Part shown: positions 10,315 to 18,999 of the stretch, piece after piece | Numbering within the stretch: the first letter of the stretch is position 1 | Layout: every line of letters begins with the position of its first letter | NCBI GenBank assembly: GCA_031411335.1 | Contig: JANOAX010000170.1 | Coordinates: 2,306 to 66,305, forward strand | Length of the DNA: 64,000 bases | Origin: Bacteroidota bacterium | GTDB taxonomy: Bacteria > Bacteroidota > Bacteroidia > AKYH767-A > OLB10 | Reading direction: 5' to 3' | Made by a program: the position numbers and the translations under genes | The notes under the pieces: generated by a model | What the model saw: only the letters and a program-made list of their open reading frames with translations | What the model was told of the DNA's origin: nothing | Databases searched by the model: none

Positions 10315-11655
10315 ATGTCGACAATAACTAAATATCAAACAGCAAGCACCGCTTTCGTTCAAGAGGCGGAGGTGTTTGCCGATTTATACGGGAAAGATCA
10401 TCCAACGTTAGCGGCTATCCGTAAACAAGCGATGGTTGCTTTCTCAAATCGTGGTATCCCCACCATGAAGCATGAAGAGTGGAAGTATGTGAATTTAACT
10501 TCGATCGCGCAAACAGATTATCGTACTGCAAGTCCTGCCGACTCGCAAAAGTTATCAAAGTCCGACGCTGAACAATATCGTTTTGCTGGCAAGGATGCGA
10601 TTCTTTGTGTTATTGAAAATGGAAAGTTGAATGTAGCGGCATCTACCATGTCATCTATTCCTGCAGGTGTTCGCATTGGCAGTATCGATGATTTTAGTAA
10701 TGACGCTGACGTTATGTCGCACTTATTTACTCATGCTTCTTTTGAAGAGGAAGCGATGGTGGCATTGAATACGATGTTATGTTATTCACCTATCATCATT
10801 AAAGTGGATGCGAAAGTGAAATGCGACACGGTAATTCAATTGATCTTTGCAACGGTTCCTGGGGTTGATCCCTTATTGATTCCAGCACGTGTGTTAGTAG
10901 TAGCCGGAGAGCAATCGGAATTTACGGTGGTGGAGAGTTATCATACAGTAGGAGCAGGAGCATTAACTTTTAACAATGTGGTTTCTGAAGTCGTGGTTGG
11001 TAAAGCAGCTCGTGTGCATTATTCTAAAATTCAAGTGGAAGGCGATGAAGCCCAACACATCAATTATCATAAAGTGAACATGGCTCGCGATAGTTATCAG
11101 CATCTAACTACTTTAACATTGGGTGGAGCGATCGTTAGAAATAATTTAAACATCCGTTTGGATGACGAGCAAGTGAATGCTTACTTGAATGGATTATATG
11201 TATTGAATCAAAAGCAAGTAATCGATAATCATACGTTGGTTGATCATGCTATGCCGAATTGTTATAGTAATGAATTGTACAAAGGCATTATCGGTGATCA
11301 AGCACAAGGTGTATTCAATGGAAAAATTTGGGTGCGGGAAGATGCACAGAAAACAAATGCGTATCAATCAAACAAGAATTTATTGTTGAGCAATCAAGCT
11401 TCCATGAATACGAAACCACAGTTGGAAATTTATGCCGATGATGTGAAGTGTAGTCATGGTGCTACTACCGGACAACTGGACGATGAAGCTTTATTTTATC
11501 TCCGCGCTCGCGGTATTGGTGAAACCGTTGCACGATCGCTATTGAATCATGCTTTTGCTGCGGATGTGATTGAGCAAGTAGAGAATGAAGCGTTGCGTGA
11601 AAGTTTGATGCAATTGCTGGATGTGAAATTGTCGGCATTGCAGATCGAAACATAA
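10315..11655 (+). CDS. sufD: Fe-S cluster assembly protein SufD
   Basis: 446 aa. The SufB/D-family C-terminal region (...NLLLS...A...TKPQLEIYADDVKCSHGATTGQLD) follows sufC in operon order. Confidence 0.8.
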   Translation: MSTITKYQTASTAFVQEAEVFADLYGKDHPTLAAIRKQAMVAFSNRGIPTMKHEEWKYVNLTSIAQTDYRTASPADSQKLSKSDAEQYRFAGKDAILCVIENGKLNVAASTMSSIPAGVRIGSIDDFSNDADVMSHLFTHASFEEEAMVALNTMLCYSPIIIKVDAKVKCDTVIQLIFATVPGVDPLLIPARVLVVAGEQSEFTVVESYHTVGAGALTFNNVVSEVVVGKAARVHYSKIQVEGDEAQHINYHKVNMARDSYQHLTTLTLGGAIVRNNLNIRLDDEQVNAYLNGLYVLNQKQVIDNHTLVDHAMPNCYSNELYKGIIGDQAQGVFNGKIWVREDAQKTNAYQSNKNLLLSNQASMNTKPQLEIYADDVKCSHGATTGQLDDEALFYLRARGIGETVARSLLNHAFAADVIEQVENEALRESLMQLLDVKLSALQIET

Positions 11656-11750
11656 ATTATTCTGAAGGAGAGTTTCACTTTATAGAAATGGAGATGAATT
11701 CTTTTTCTTCTTTAGATGAATAGTAGAATAGAAAAGTGAACGAAAATAGT

Positions 11751-12989
11751 ATGACCCCTTTCAACATCAATAAAATTCGTAGCGAGTTTCCGATCTTGTC
11801 GGAGAAAGCGTATGGAAAACCATTGGTGTATTTTGACAATGCTGCATCTTCGCAGAAACCAAAAGTAGTCATTGACGCTCTAGTTGATTATTACAGTACG
11901 ACTAATGCCAATGTACATCGTGGTGTCCATTTTCTTAGTCAAAAAGCAAGTGCTGCATTTGATGCAGTGCGAGAGAAAGTAAAAACATTTATTAATGCAA
12001 GTTCAGAGCGAGAAATTATTTTTGTTCGTGGAACAACAGAAGCAATCAATTTGGTCGCTTCAACCTATGGTCGGAAGAACATCGGTCAGGGTGATGAAAT
12101 TTTAATTTCGGCGATGGAACATCATAGTAATATTGTTCCTTGGCAAATGTTGTGTGAAGAGAAGGGGGCGGTGCTGAAAGTAATTCCCATGAATGAGAAA
12201 GGGGAGTTGCTGATGGATCAATTGCCTGCCTTGTTAACTGACAAAACAAAGTTTGTTTCTGTAGTGCATATTTCAAATTCATTGGGAACAATGAATCCAG
12301 TGAAGGAAGTTATTCGTCAAGCTCACGCAAAGGGAATTCCCGTTTTAGTGGATGGCGCACAAAGTACAGCGCATGAAGTGATTGATGTGCAAGATCTGGA
12401 TGCTGATTTTTTCACATTTAGTGGACATAAAATATTAGCGCCAACTGGCATCGGTTGTCTCTATGGAAAACTGCATTTATTGGAAGCCATGCCGCCTTAT
12501 CAAGGTGGTGGGGAGATGATCTCTTCGGTGAGTTTTGAGAAAACAACATACAATGAAGTTCCATTTAAGTTCGAAGCGGGCACACCCAATATTGCGGATG
12601 TAATCGCCCTTGGCGCTGCCATCGATTATTGGAGTCAACTCGATCGAAAAGCCGCATGTGCTTGGGAAAAGGAGTTGCTGAATTATGCAACCAAGCTAAT
12701 TTCGGAGATCCCTACCGTTAGACTCATCGGCACCGCCGCTGAAAAAGCAAGTGTTGTATCATTTGTGATTGAAGGAGTAAATGCCATGGATGCCGGAATG
12801 TTTCTCGACACGAAAGGAATAGCAGTGCGAACAGGACATCATTGCACCGAACCCGTGATGCAGTTCTTTAAAATACCTGGAACCCTTCGTGCATCGTTTA
12901 TGTTTTACAATACCAAAGAGGAGATTGATGCGCTCGCCGAAAATCTAACCAAGGCCATCGCCTTATTGCAAACCCATTCGGTAGCATGA
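11751..12989 (+). CDS. sufS: Cysteine desulfurase SufS (class II aminotransferase V)
   Basis: MTPFNINKIRSEFPIL... is the SufS N-terminus. The PLP-lysine context FSGHKILAPTGIGCLYGK and the catalytic Cys loop RTGHHCTEP are present. An alternative start at 11736 adds 5 aa. Confidence 0.85.
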   Translation: MTPFNINKIRSEFPILSEKAYGKPLVYFDNAASSQKPKVVIDALVDYYSTTNANVHRGVHFLSQKASAAFDAVREKVKTFINASSEREIIFVRGTTEAINLVASTYGRKNIGQGDEILISAMEHHSNIVPWQMLCEEKGAVLKVIPMNEKGELLMDQLPALLTDKTKFVSVVHISNSLGTMNPVKEVIRQAHAKGIPVLVDGAQSTAHEVIDVQDLDADFFTFSGHKILAPTGIGCLYGKLHLLEAMPPYQGGGEMISSVSFEKTTYNEVPFKFEAGTPNIADVIALGAAIDYWSQLDRKAACAWEKELLNYATKLISEIPTVRLIGTAAEKASVVSFVIEGVNAMDAGMFLDTKGIAVRTGHHCTEPVMQFFKIPGTLRASFMFYNTKEEIDALAENLTKAIALLQTHSVA

Positions 12990-13411
12990 ATACAATGTTA
13001 GAAATAGAAAAGGAAATTCTTTCCGACTTCGAGTTATTCGATACATGGGAAGAAAAATACCATTATATCATTGAGCTCGGTCAAAAGTTAGGTCCACTCG
13101 AGGATAAATATAAAATTGACGAGTATAAAATCAAAGGATGTCAAAGTTCAGTGTGGCTGAACGGAGAAGAGCGCGACGGAAAATTATACTTTAGCGCCGA
13201 TAGCGATTCTACTTTTGTAAAAGGTGAAATTGCATTGCTGATGATGGTCTTGTCGGGGCAAACTCCAGAAGATGTACTCGATGCAAAATTAGAATTCATC
13301 GATGCCCTTGGATTGCGTCAACACATTGCCGTGACTCGCGCCAACGGATTAGCATCCATGATTAAACAAATGAAGACTTATGCGTTTGCCATGACAAGCG
13401 CTAACAAATAA
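12986..13411 (+). CDS. sufE: Cysteine desulfuration protein SufE
   Basis: 141 aa. The sulfur-acceptor Cys motif KIKGCQSSVWL is the SufE signature. A 4-bp overlap with the sufS stop indicates translational coupling. Confidence 0.8.
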   Translation: MNTMLEIEKEILSDFELFDTWEEKYHYIIELGQKLGPLEDKYKIDEYKIKGCQSSVWLNGEERDGKLYFSADSDSTFVKGEIALLMMVLSGQTPEDVLDAKLEFIDALGLRQHIAVTRANGLASMIKQMKTYAFAMTSANK

Positions 13412-13418
13412 TTGAAGT

Positions 13419-13787
13419 ATGACCGAGGCAGAAACTACGACGACCGAAACTACAATGACCGAAACGAATCCCATTCCCGAAGTAAAATCATTACGCGATC
13501 GCATCATCGATGTATTGAAGTCGTGCTATGATCCGGAAATTCCAGTTGACATTTGGGAGTTGGGTTTGATTTACGAAATCAATATCAACGAAGGCAATGA
13601 TGTACACATCATGATGACGTTAACGTCACCTGCCTGCCCCGTTGCCGAAACACTTCCTCCCGACGTAGAACAAAAAGTACGCGATATCCCCGACGTAAAC
13701 ACCGCCAAAGTAGAAATCACCTTCAATCCCCCCTGGGAAAAAGACATGATGAGCGAAGAAGCAAGGTTGGAGTTGGGGATGTGGTAG
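13419..13787 (+). CDS. sufT: DUF59 / SufT-like Fe-S assembly protein
   Basis: DPEIPVDIWELGLIYEI...LTSPACPVAE matches the DUF59 (MIP18/SufT) core with its conserved Cys. Confidence 0.7.
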   Translation: MTEAETTTTETTMTETNPIPEVKSLRDRIIDVLKSCYDPEIPVDIWELGLIYEININEGNDVHIMMTLTSPACPVAETLPPDVEQKVRDIPDVNTAKVEITFNPPWEKDMMSEEARLELGMW

Positions 13788-13792
13788 ATTTT

Positions 13793-13824
13793 AATTAAGA
13801 ATTAAGAATTAAGAATTAAGAATT
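13793..13824. repeat. Heptamer microsatellite (AATTAAG / AAGAATT) x ~4.5
   Basis: aattaagaattaagaattaagaattaagaatt begins 6 nt after the sufT stop. Confidence 0.8.
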
Positions 13825-13857
13825 GGTGTCATTTAGCATGTTTATTCGAATTGATAA

Positions 13858-13926
13858 ATTTCGCTTTTTCGCATTTCGTGTTTATTCGCATTTCGCATCA
13901 TTCGCATTTCGTGTTTATTCGCATTT
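13858..13926. repeat. Imperfect tandem repeat built from TTCGCATTTCG words
   Basis: cgctttttcgcatttcgtgtttattcgcatttcgcatcattcgcatttcgtgtttattcgcatttcgcg: a ~30-nt unit repeated twice, itself made of an 11-mer word. Confidence 0.75.
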
Positions 13927-13982
13927 CGCGTCCAAAATTTGTACGTGAAAGAAATCCCTTCACAAAAACCATTTCTCCAGCG

Positions 13983-14486
13983 ATGATAGAAAATAAAATC
14001 TCCGCCTCCTCTCTCCTCACCCTCGATCTCGAAGAGTGGTATCCTGAATCCGATGTGATGGAATTGGATATTGCTTCATTGCTGGTGGAAGGATTGTTGC
14101 TGCGCGAGAAAGATTTTAGAGCTTTTATTTCGGAGAACGATTGGAAACAATATCAAGACAAACACGTCGCCTTATTTTGTTCTACTGATGCAATTATTCC
14201 ACGGTGGGCTTGGATGCTTTTGAGTACTTCTTTGCATCCTTATGCAAAAACTATTGTTTTCGGTAATCCAGAAACGTTAGTGGAGGAGTTGTATCGTGAG
14301 AAGATCGCAACTTTGAATATTGAAGAATATCGCGACCAACGCGTCGTAATAAAAGGCTGTAGTAAGAAGGCAGTTCCGGTTCAGGCTTTTGTTCAATTGA
14401 CGGCTCGATTGAGTCCAGTAGTGAAAAGCATCATGTACGGAGAGCCCTGCAGCACTGTTCCTGTATTTAAGAAGGCTAAGAGCTGA
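13983..14486 (+). CDS. Conserved hypothetical protein (DUF2480-like, often follows suf genes in Bacteroidota)
   Basis: The ORF is co-directional and immediately downstream of sufT. The start is placed at the internal ATG 13983 (MIENKISASS...), because the longer track ORF (13851) would read through the tandem repeat. The DUF assignment is from memory, not a search. Confidence 0.45.
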   Translation: MIENKISASSLLTLDLEEWYPESDVMELDIASLLVEGLLLREKDFRAFISENDWKQYQDKHVALFCSTDAIIPRWAWMLLSTSLHPYAKTIVFGNPETLVEELYREKIATLNIEEYRDQRVVIKGCSKKAVPVQAFVQLTARLSPVVKSIMYGEPCSTVPVFKKAKS

Positions 14487-14540
14487 CTTTGTTTTGAGTT
14501 TTTTAAAAGTGTATCTTCGTTATCTAATCTTATATTCCTT

Positions 14541-14942
14541 ATGAAAAACATCTTGTTTATCCTATTGTTTATTTTACCGATTGTTGGATATTCACAGGAA
14601 AACTCTAAAAAGGATCCAAAGAGTGAGAGAATTTATACTTCTGTTGACATAAATCCTGAATTCCCAGGTGGAGAAGAAGAGTTTTACAAGTACCTTTCTA
14701 AGAATATTAAATACCCAAAGAAGGATCGTAGAAAGGGTATCACTGGGAGAGTGTTTTTAACTTTTGTAGTAACTGATGTTGGGGGAATTCGGGATGCTAG
14801 AGTGCTACGTGGCGTAAGTAAAGCTATCGACGAAGAAGCTCTTCGTGTAATAAATAGTATGCCAAAGTGGAAGCCTGGGACTCAAAATGGTACGCCAGTA
14901 AATGTGCAATTCAATATTCCAATTAATTTTACTTTGAAATAA
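14541..14942 (+). CDS. Secreted TonB C-terminal-domain protein
   Basis: 133 aa with a signal peptide. EFPGGEEEFYKYLSKNIKYPKK...GRVFLTFVV...G.I....VLRGV...EALRVINSMPKWKPG...NG.PV matches the TonB_C (PF03544) pattern. There is no N-terminal TM or Pro-rich region. Confidence 0.65.
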   Translation: MKNILFILLFILPIVGYSQENSKKDPKSERIYTSVDINPEFPGGEEEFYKYLSKNIKYPKKDRRKGITGRVFLTFVVTDVGGIRDARVLRGVSKAIDEEALRVINSMPKWKPGTQNGTPVNVQFNIPINFTLK

Positions 14943-15146
14943 TTGTTTAATGATCCTCTTGACGATAGGATGTAGTTGAAATTTTTCTACCAGTAACCTT
15001 TTTATGAAAAAAAAACGTTTGTGACCTATCGTGAAAAGGTAAAGTAAACTTATCGTGTTGGTTTTTTCTCATTTTTTAGAGTACACAAGGCTATTTTACG
15101 CTGGATTTCTCCAAATAGCTTATCTTCGTTACCAAATATAAATGCT

Positions 15147-15548
15147 ATGAAAAAGCTCTTATTTATCCTCATTTGTTTTTTGCCCATCACTGTATTTTCT
15201 CAGAATTCTGCAGAAACAGATACTTCGAATGAAAAAATATTTACTTATGTAGAAGAGATGCCTGAATTTCCTGGAGGCGACGAAGCACTTTTCAAATATT
15301 TAGCTCAAAGTATCAAGTATCCAAAGGGTACCGCAGATGCAAAAATTCAGGGAAGAGTATATATAACCTTTGTTATATCAAAAGAGGGAAAAACCGAACA
15401 GGTAAAAGTAATGAGAGGAATAGGGACTTCATTCGATCAAGAGGCAATTCGCGTTATAAAAGAAATGCCGAATTGGAAGCCTGGGACACAAAATGGGAAG
15501 GCGGTAAATGTCCAGTATAGTCTTCCGATTAATTTTAAATTAGATTAG
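15147..15548 (+). CDS. Secreted TonB C-terminal-domain protein (paralog of 14541..14942)
   Basis: Same 133-aa length and architecture, roughly 50% identical to the upstream paralog (EFPGGDEALFKYLAQSIKYPKG...GRVYITFVI...MPNWKPGTQNGKAVNVQY). Confidence 0.65.
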   Translation: MKKLLFILICFLPITVFSQNSAETDTSNEKIFTYVEEMPEFPGGDEALFKYLAQSIKYPKGTADAKIQGRVYITFVISKEGKTEQVKVMRGIGTSFDQEAIRVIKEMPNWKPGTQNGKAVNVQYSLPINFKLD

Positions 15549-15554
15549 TTTTTT

Positions 15555-16532
15555 ATGTCCATCTCCCTTGATGAAATCAAACATCCCATCCGAAAGGAAA
15601 TGGAGGAGTTTGAATTGAAATTTCGCAAGGCGATGCAAAGTTCTGTGCCCCTTCTCGATCGCATCATGCATTATATTGTGAAACGAAAAGGAAAACAGAT
15701 GCGTCCCATGTTTGTATTTTTATCGGCCGGATTAAATGGAGGTATTTCCGAAAGTACTTACCGTGCTGCATCGCTCATCGAATTGTTGCACACCGCCACC
15801 TTAGTGCACGATGATGTTGTAGATGATAGTAATTTGCGAAGAGGATTTTTTTCGATCAATGCCATCTGGAAAAATAAAATTGCAGTACTTGTTGGCGATT
15901 ATCTCTTATCACGCGGATTATTACTCTCTGTTGAACACGAAGAATTTGAATTGCTGAAAATTGTTTCAACGGCAGTCCGTAAAATGAGCGAAGGAGAATT
16001 ATTGCAAATAGAAAAAGCAAGAAAGCTCGACATCAACGAAGAAATTTATTACGATATCATCCAAGCGAAAACGGCATCACTCATTGCGAGTTGTTGTGCA
16101 ACGGGTGCATCTTCTGTAAAAGCCAACCAAGAAAATGTAACACGAATGCATGATTTTGGTCAAGCCGTGGGAATGGCATTTCAAATTAAAGATGATCTTT
16201 TCGATTATGAACAAGCCGAAAAAACCGGAAAACCGCGCGGCATCGACATTAAAGAACATAAAATGACCTTGCCGCTCATCTATGCACTGAATAATTCCTC
16301 ATCCAAAGACAAGCGATTTATCATCAATACCGTGAAAAGTTATAGCGATGATAAGGCTCGTGTGGAGCAAGTGATTAATATGGTGATGGCTGCAGGTGGA
16401 TTGAAGTATGCCAAGGAGAAAATGCATCAATATCAAGATCAGGCATTTACTATATTGAATACTTTTCCTTCGTCTGTCTATAAAGATTCATTGGAACAGC
16501 TAGTTAGGTTTACCACCGAGCGAAATCACTAA
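15555..16532 (+). CDS. Polyprenyl diphosphate synthase (trans-isoprenyl diphosphate synthase, IspB-like)
   Basis: First Asp-rich motif LVHDDVVDDSNLRRG and second motif FQIKDDLFDY are characteristic of trans-IPPS long-chain synthases. Confidence 0.8.
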   Translation: MSISLDEIKHPIRKEMEEFELKFRKAMQSSVPLLDRIMHYIVKRKGKQMRPMFVFLSAGLNGGISESTYRAASLIELLHTATLVHDDVVDDSNLRRGFFSINAIWKNKIAVLVGDYLLSRGLLLSVEHEEFELLKIVSTAVRKMSEGELLQIEKARKLDINEEIYYDIIQAKTASLIASCCATGASSVKANQENVTRMHDFGQAVGMAFQIKDDLFDYEQAEKTGKPRGIDIKEHKMTLPLIYALNNSSSKDKRFIINTVKSYSDDKARVEQVINMVMAAGGLKYAKEKMHQYQDQAFTILNTFPSSVYKDSLEQLVRFTTERNH

Positions 16533-16575
16533 TTTTTGGTGGGAGATTTTATCGCCTGACGTATCTTTACCCTCC

Positions 16576-18534
16576 ATGATTAACAATAACACCAAACAGC
16601 AAATTCTTGAAACCGTTCGCATCGAAGAGGTGATAGGGGATTTTGTTTCGTTGAAAAAGCGTGGTGCTAATTTATTGGGGAATTGTCCTTTTCATAATGA
16701 ACGTACGCCATCGTTCACCGTATCGCCTGTAAAAGGATTTTATAAGTGTTTTGGTTGTGGTAAAGCAGGCGACTCGGTTACCTTCGTGATGGAACATGAA
16801 CATTTTACTTTTCCAGAAGCTTTGCGTTATTTGGCAAAAAAGTACAGCATTGCCATTGAAGAGGAAGCACCAACGGCAGAGTTCATCGAACAACAAACGC
16901 AACGTGAAAATTTATTTACGGTAACTGCATTTGCTGAAAAATTTTATCAAGATTATTTATGGGAGAATGAAGAAGGTAAAGCGATTGGATTGAGTTATTT
17001 TCGAGAGCGTGGATTCACCGATGATGTGATTCGCCGATTTAATTTAGGTTTCGCTCCCGATAAATGGGATGGTTTGGTCACTGCAGCAGAAGCAGCAGGA
17101 CATCAACAAGAGTTGCTGGAAAAAACGGGATTGATCATCGTTCAGGAAAATAAAAAGTACGATCGTTTTCGTGGTCGTGTCATTTTTCCCATTCATAATT
17201 TAACAGGTCGTGTTGTTGCTTTTGGTGCGCGTATCTTAAAAACGGATCCTAAAAGTCCTAAGTATTTAAATTCTCCCGAGACGGAGATTTACTATAAGAG
17301 TAAAAATTTATACGGCATCGCACAAGCGAGAAAATCGATTGCTGCTTTTGATTCTTGTTATTTGGTGGAAGGATATACAGATGTAGTATCGATGCATCAA
17401 GCAGGAATTGAAAATGTAGTGGCATCGAGCGGTACTGCATTAACGATTGAGCAAATTCGATTGATTGGAAGGTACACGCGAAATATTTCGGTGTTGTATG
17501 ATGGTGACCCTGCTGGAATCAAAGCTTCGCTTCGTGGAATAGATTTGATTTTGGAAGAAGGAATGAATGTGCGTGTGGTTTTGTTTCCGGATGGAGAAGA
17601 CCCCGACTCCTATGCAAAACGAGTTACGACCGAAGAGCTCAAAGCATTTTTGAAAGAGCAAGCCGTAGATTTTATCACTTTCAAAACAAAATTATTACTC
17701 TCCGATGCATCCGGCGATCCCATCAAAAAGGCAGCGCTCATTCGCGATATCGTAGAGACCATTGCTAAAGTTCCCGATGCCATTACGCGCTCCACATACA
17801 TCAAGCATACTTCGGATTTGATGGAGATGAGCGAAACTGTTTTAATTGGTGAGCTCAATAAAATTTTACGTCAACAAGATAAAAAAAGAGAAGGTACACC
17901 TCCACCCAATGCAGGTGATCCTTTCTTACCTCCACCCACAGAAGAAGAGTTTCAAGAGCAAGAAGAGCCGATTAATTATTTAGATGCAACGATACAAGAA
18001 GAAGAAATAATTCGCGTGCTGTTGCATTATGCCGAAGAGCAATTTGATTTTATGGATTTAGGATCGGTAGAAGTGGAGCCTGTTCGTTATCGAGTAATCG
18101 ATTTTGTGATCAGCGTACTTCGCGATGATGGTATTCATTTTACCAACGAAGCCTATGCTGGATTACTTGCAGCATTCTCCGTTCAGTTTGATGAAGGGAA
18201 ATCATACAATCAGCAAGAATTTCTGCAAGAACTAGAACCTCAAATAAAAAATACGGCGATTCATTTATTAACGCCGCCCTATGAACTTGCCGATTGGGCA
18301 GCCCATCAAGTAGAAGTAAGAGAAGAGAGAACCGTTTTACACAAAGCCGTTATCGATCCCATCATGTACATCAAGAAAAAGCAGTTGGGGAAAATGCGTG
18401 AAGAATTATTGCAACAACTCAAAGCAAGAATCGAAGCCGAATTACCTTACGATGAATTACTCGAAGATTTTAATCGCCTTAATCAATTGCAAGCGCAATT
18501 AAATCGCTATACCAATACAGTAATTCAGAAATAA
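16576..18534 (+). CDS. dnaG: DNA primase
   Basis: Zinc-binding CHC2 motif CPFHNERTPSF...CFGCG, then a TOPRIM region (YLVEGYTDVVSMHQAGIENVVAS...LYDGDPAG) and a C-terminal helicase-interaction region. Total length 652 aa. Confidence 0.9.
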   Translation: MINNNTKQQILETVRIEEVIGDFVSLKKRGANLLGNCPFHNERTPSFTVSPVKGFYKCFGCGKAGDSVTFVMEHEHFTFPEALRYLAKKYSIAIEEEAPTAEFIEQQTQRENLFTVTAFAEKFYQDYLWENEEGKAIGLSYFRERGFTDDVIRRFNLGFAPDKWDGLVTAAEAAGHQQELLEKTGLIIVQENKKYDRFRGRVIFPIHNLTGRVVAFGARILKTDPKSPKYLNSPETEIYYKSKNLYGIAQARKSIAAFDSCYLVEGYTDVVSMHQAGIENVVASSGTALTIEQIRLIGRYTRNISVLYDGDPAGIKASLRGIDLILEEGMNVRVVLFPDGEDPDSYAKRVTTEELKAFLKEQAVDFITFKTKLLLSDASGDPIKKAALIRDIVETIAKVPDAITRSTYIKHTSDLMEMSETVLIGELNKILRQQDKKREGTPPPNAGDPFLPPPTEEEFQEQEEPINYLDATIQEEEIIRVLLHYAEEQFDFMDLGSVEVEPVRYRVIDFVISVLRDDGIHFTNEAYAGLLAAFSVQFDEGKSYNQQEFLQELEPQIKNTAIHLLTPPYELADWAAHQVEVREERTVLHKAVIDPIMYIKKKQLGKMREELLQQLKARIEAELPYDELLEDFNRLNQLQAQLNRYTNTVIQK

Positions 18535-18609
18535 AATTAAGAATTAAGAATTAAGAATTAAGAATTAAGAATTAAGAATTAAGAATTAAGAATTAAGAAT
18601 TAAGAATTA
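18535..18609. repeat. Heptamer microsatellite (AATTAAG / AAGAATT) x ~10.5
   Basis: It starts one base after the dnaG TAA stop and uses the same heptamer as the 13793 locus. Confidence 0.85.
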
Positions 18610-18679
18610 AAATATTTTAGATGTATTTTTCCTTTTTATCTGTTTCAATATACCTTTGATAATTTTATCAGTAAATTAC

Positions 18680-18990
18680 ATCAGTGCGAGAAACTTTAGT
18701 TAATTTACAGCCTAAGCGAACTTATCTTAGCGCAGCCTTTGCGTTTTGCGCCTTTGCGAGAAATTTGGCGAAGAGAAATCTGTCGAAGAGAAAAGCATTA
18801 TTCGAATGCGATTAAATTATTGCAAGCCTATTGTTCAAGCCTCTCCCTAGCCCTCTCCAAGGGAGAGGGAATTAAATAATTAATTTTATTTGATAAAATT
18901 TTGAATTAAACATAGAAATCTCTGCGTCCCGATAGCTATCGGGCTTAGGAGAAACTTTAGCGAAGCTAGAAGCGACCGAATGGCTTTTGT
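18680..18990. repeat. Composite intergenic repeat region (families shared with 21030-21190, 43255-43420 and 54484/56466)
   Basis: It contains cgagaaactttag, tagcgcagcctttgcg, ctttgcgagaaa and gcgaagagaaa..tcgaagagaaaa modules, which are homologous to 21040-21180. It also contains the hairpin aagcctctccctagccctctccaagggagaggg (18838-18870) and the palindrome gcgtCCCGATAGCTATCGGG (18918-18933). Confidence 0.8.
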
Positions 18991-18999
18991 TGGCAAATA

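Noticed and set aside
13851-13982. Long N-terminal extension of the DUF2480-like gene (track ORF start 13851)
   Set aside because: The extension is a translation of the TTCGCATTTCG tandem repeat (HFVFIRISHHSHFVFIRIS), so the internal ATG at 13983 was preferred.
18535-18609. Possible CRISPR array suggested by regular short repeats
   Set aside because: The units are contiguous 7-bp tandem repeats with no spacers, so this is a microsatellite, not 25-40-bp repeats separated by unique spacers. No cas genes are nearby.
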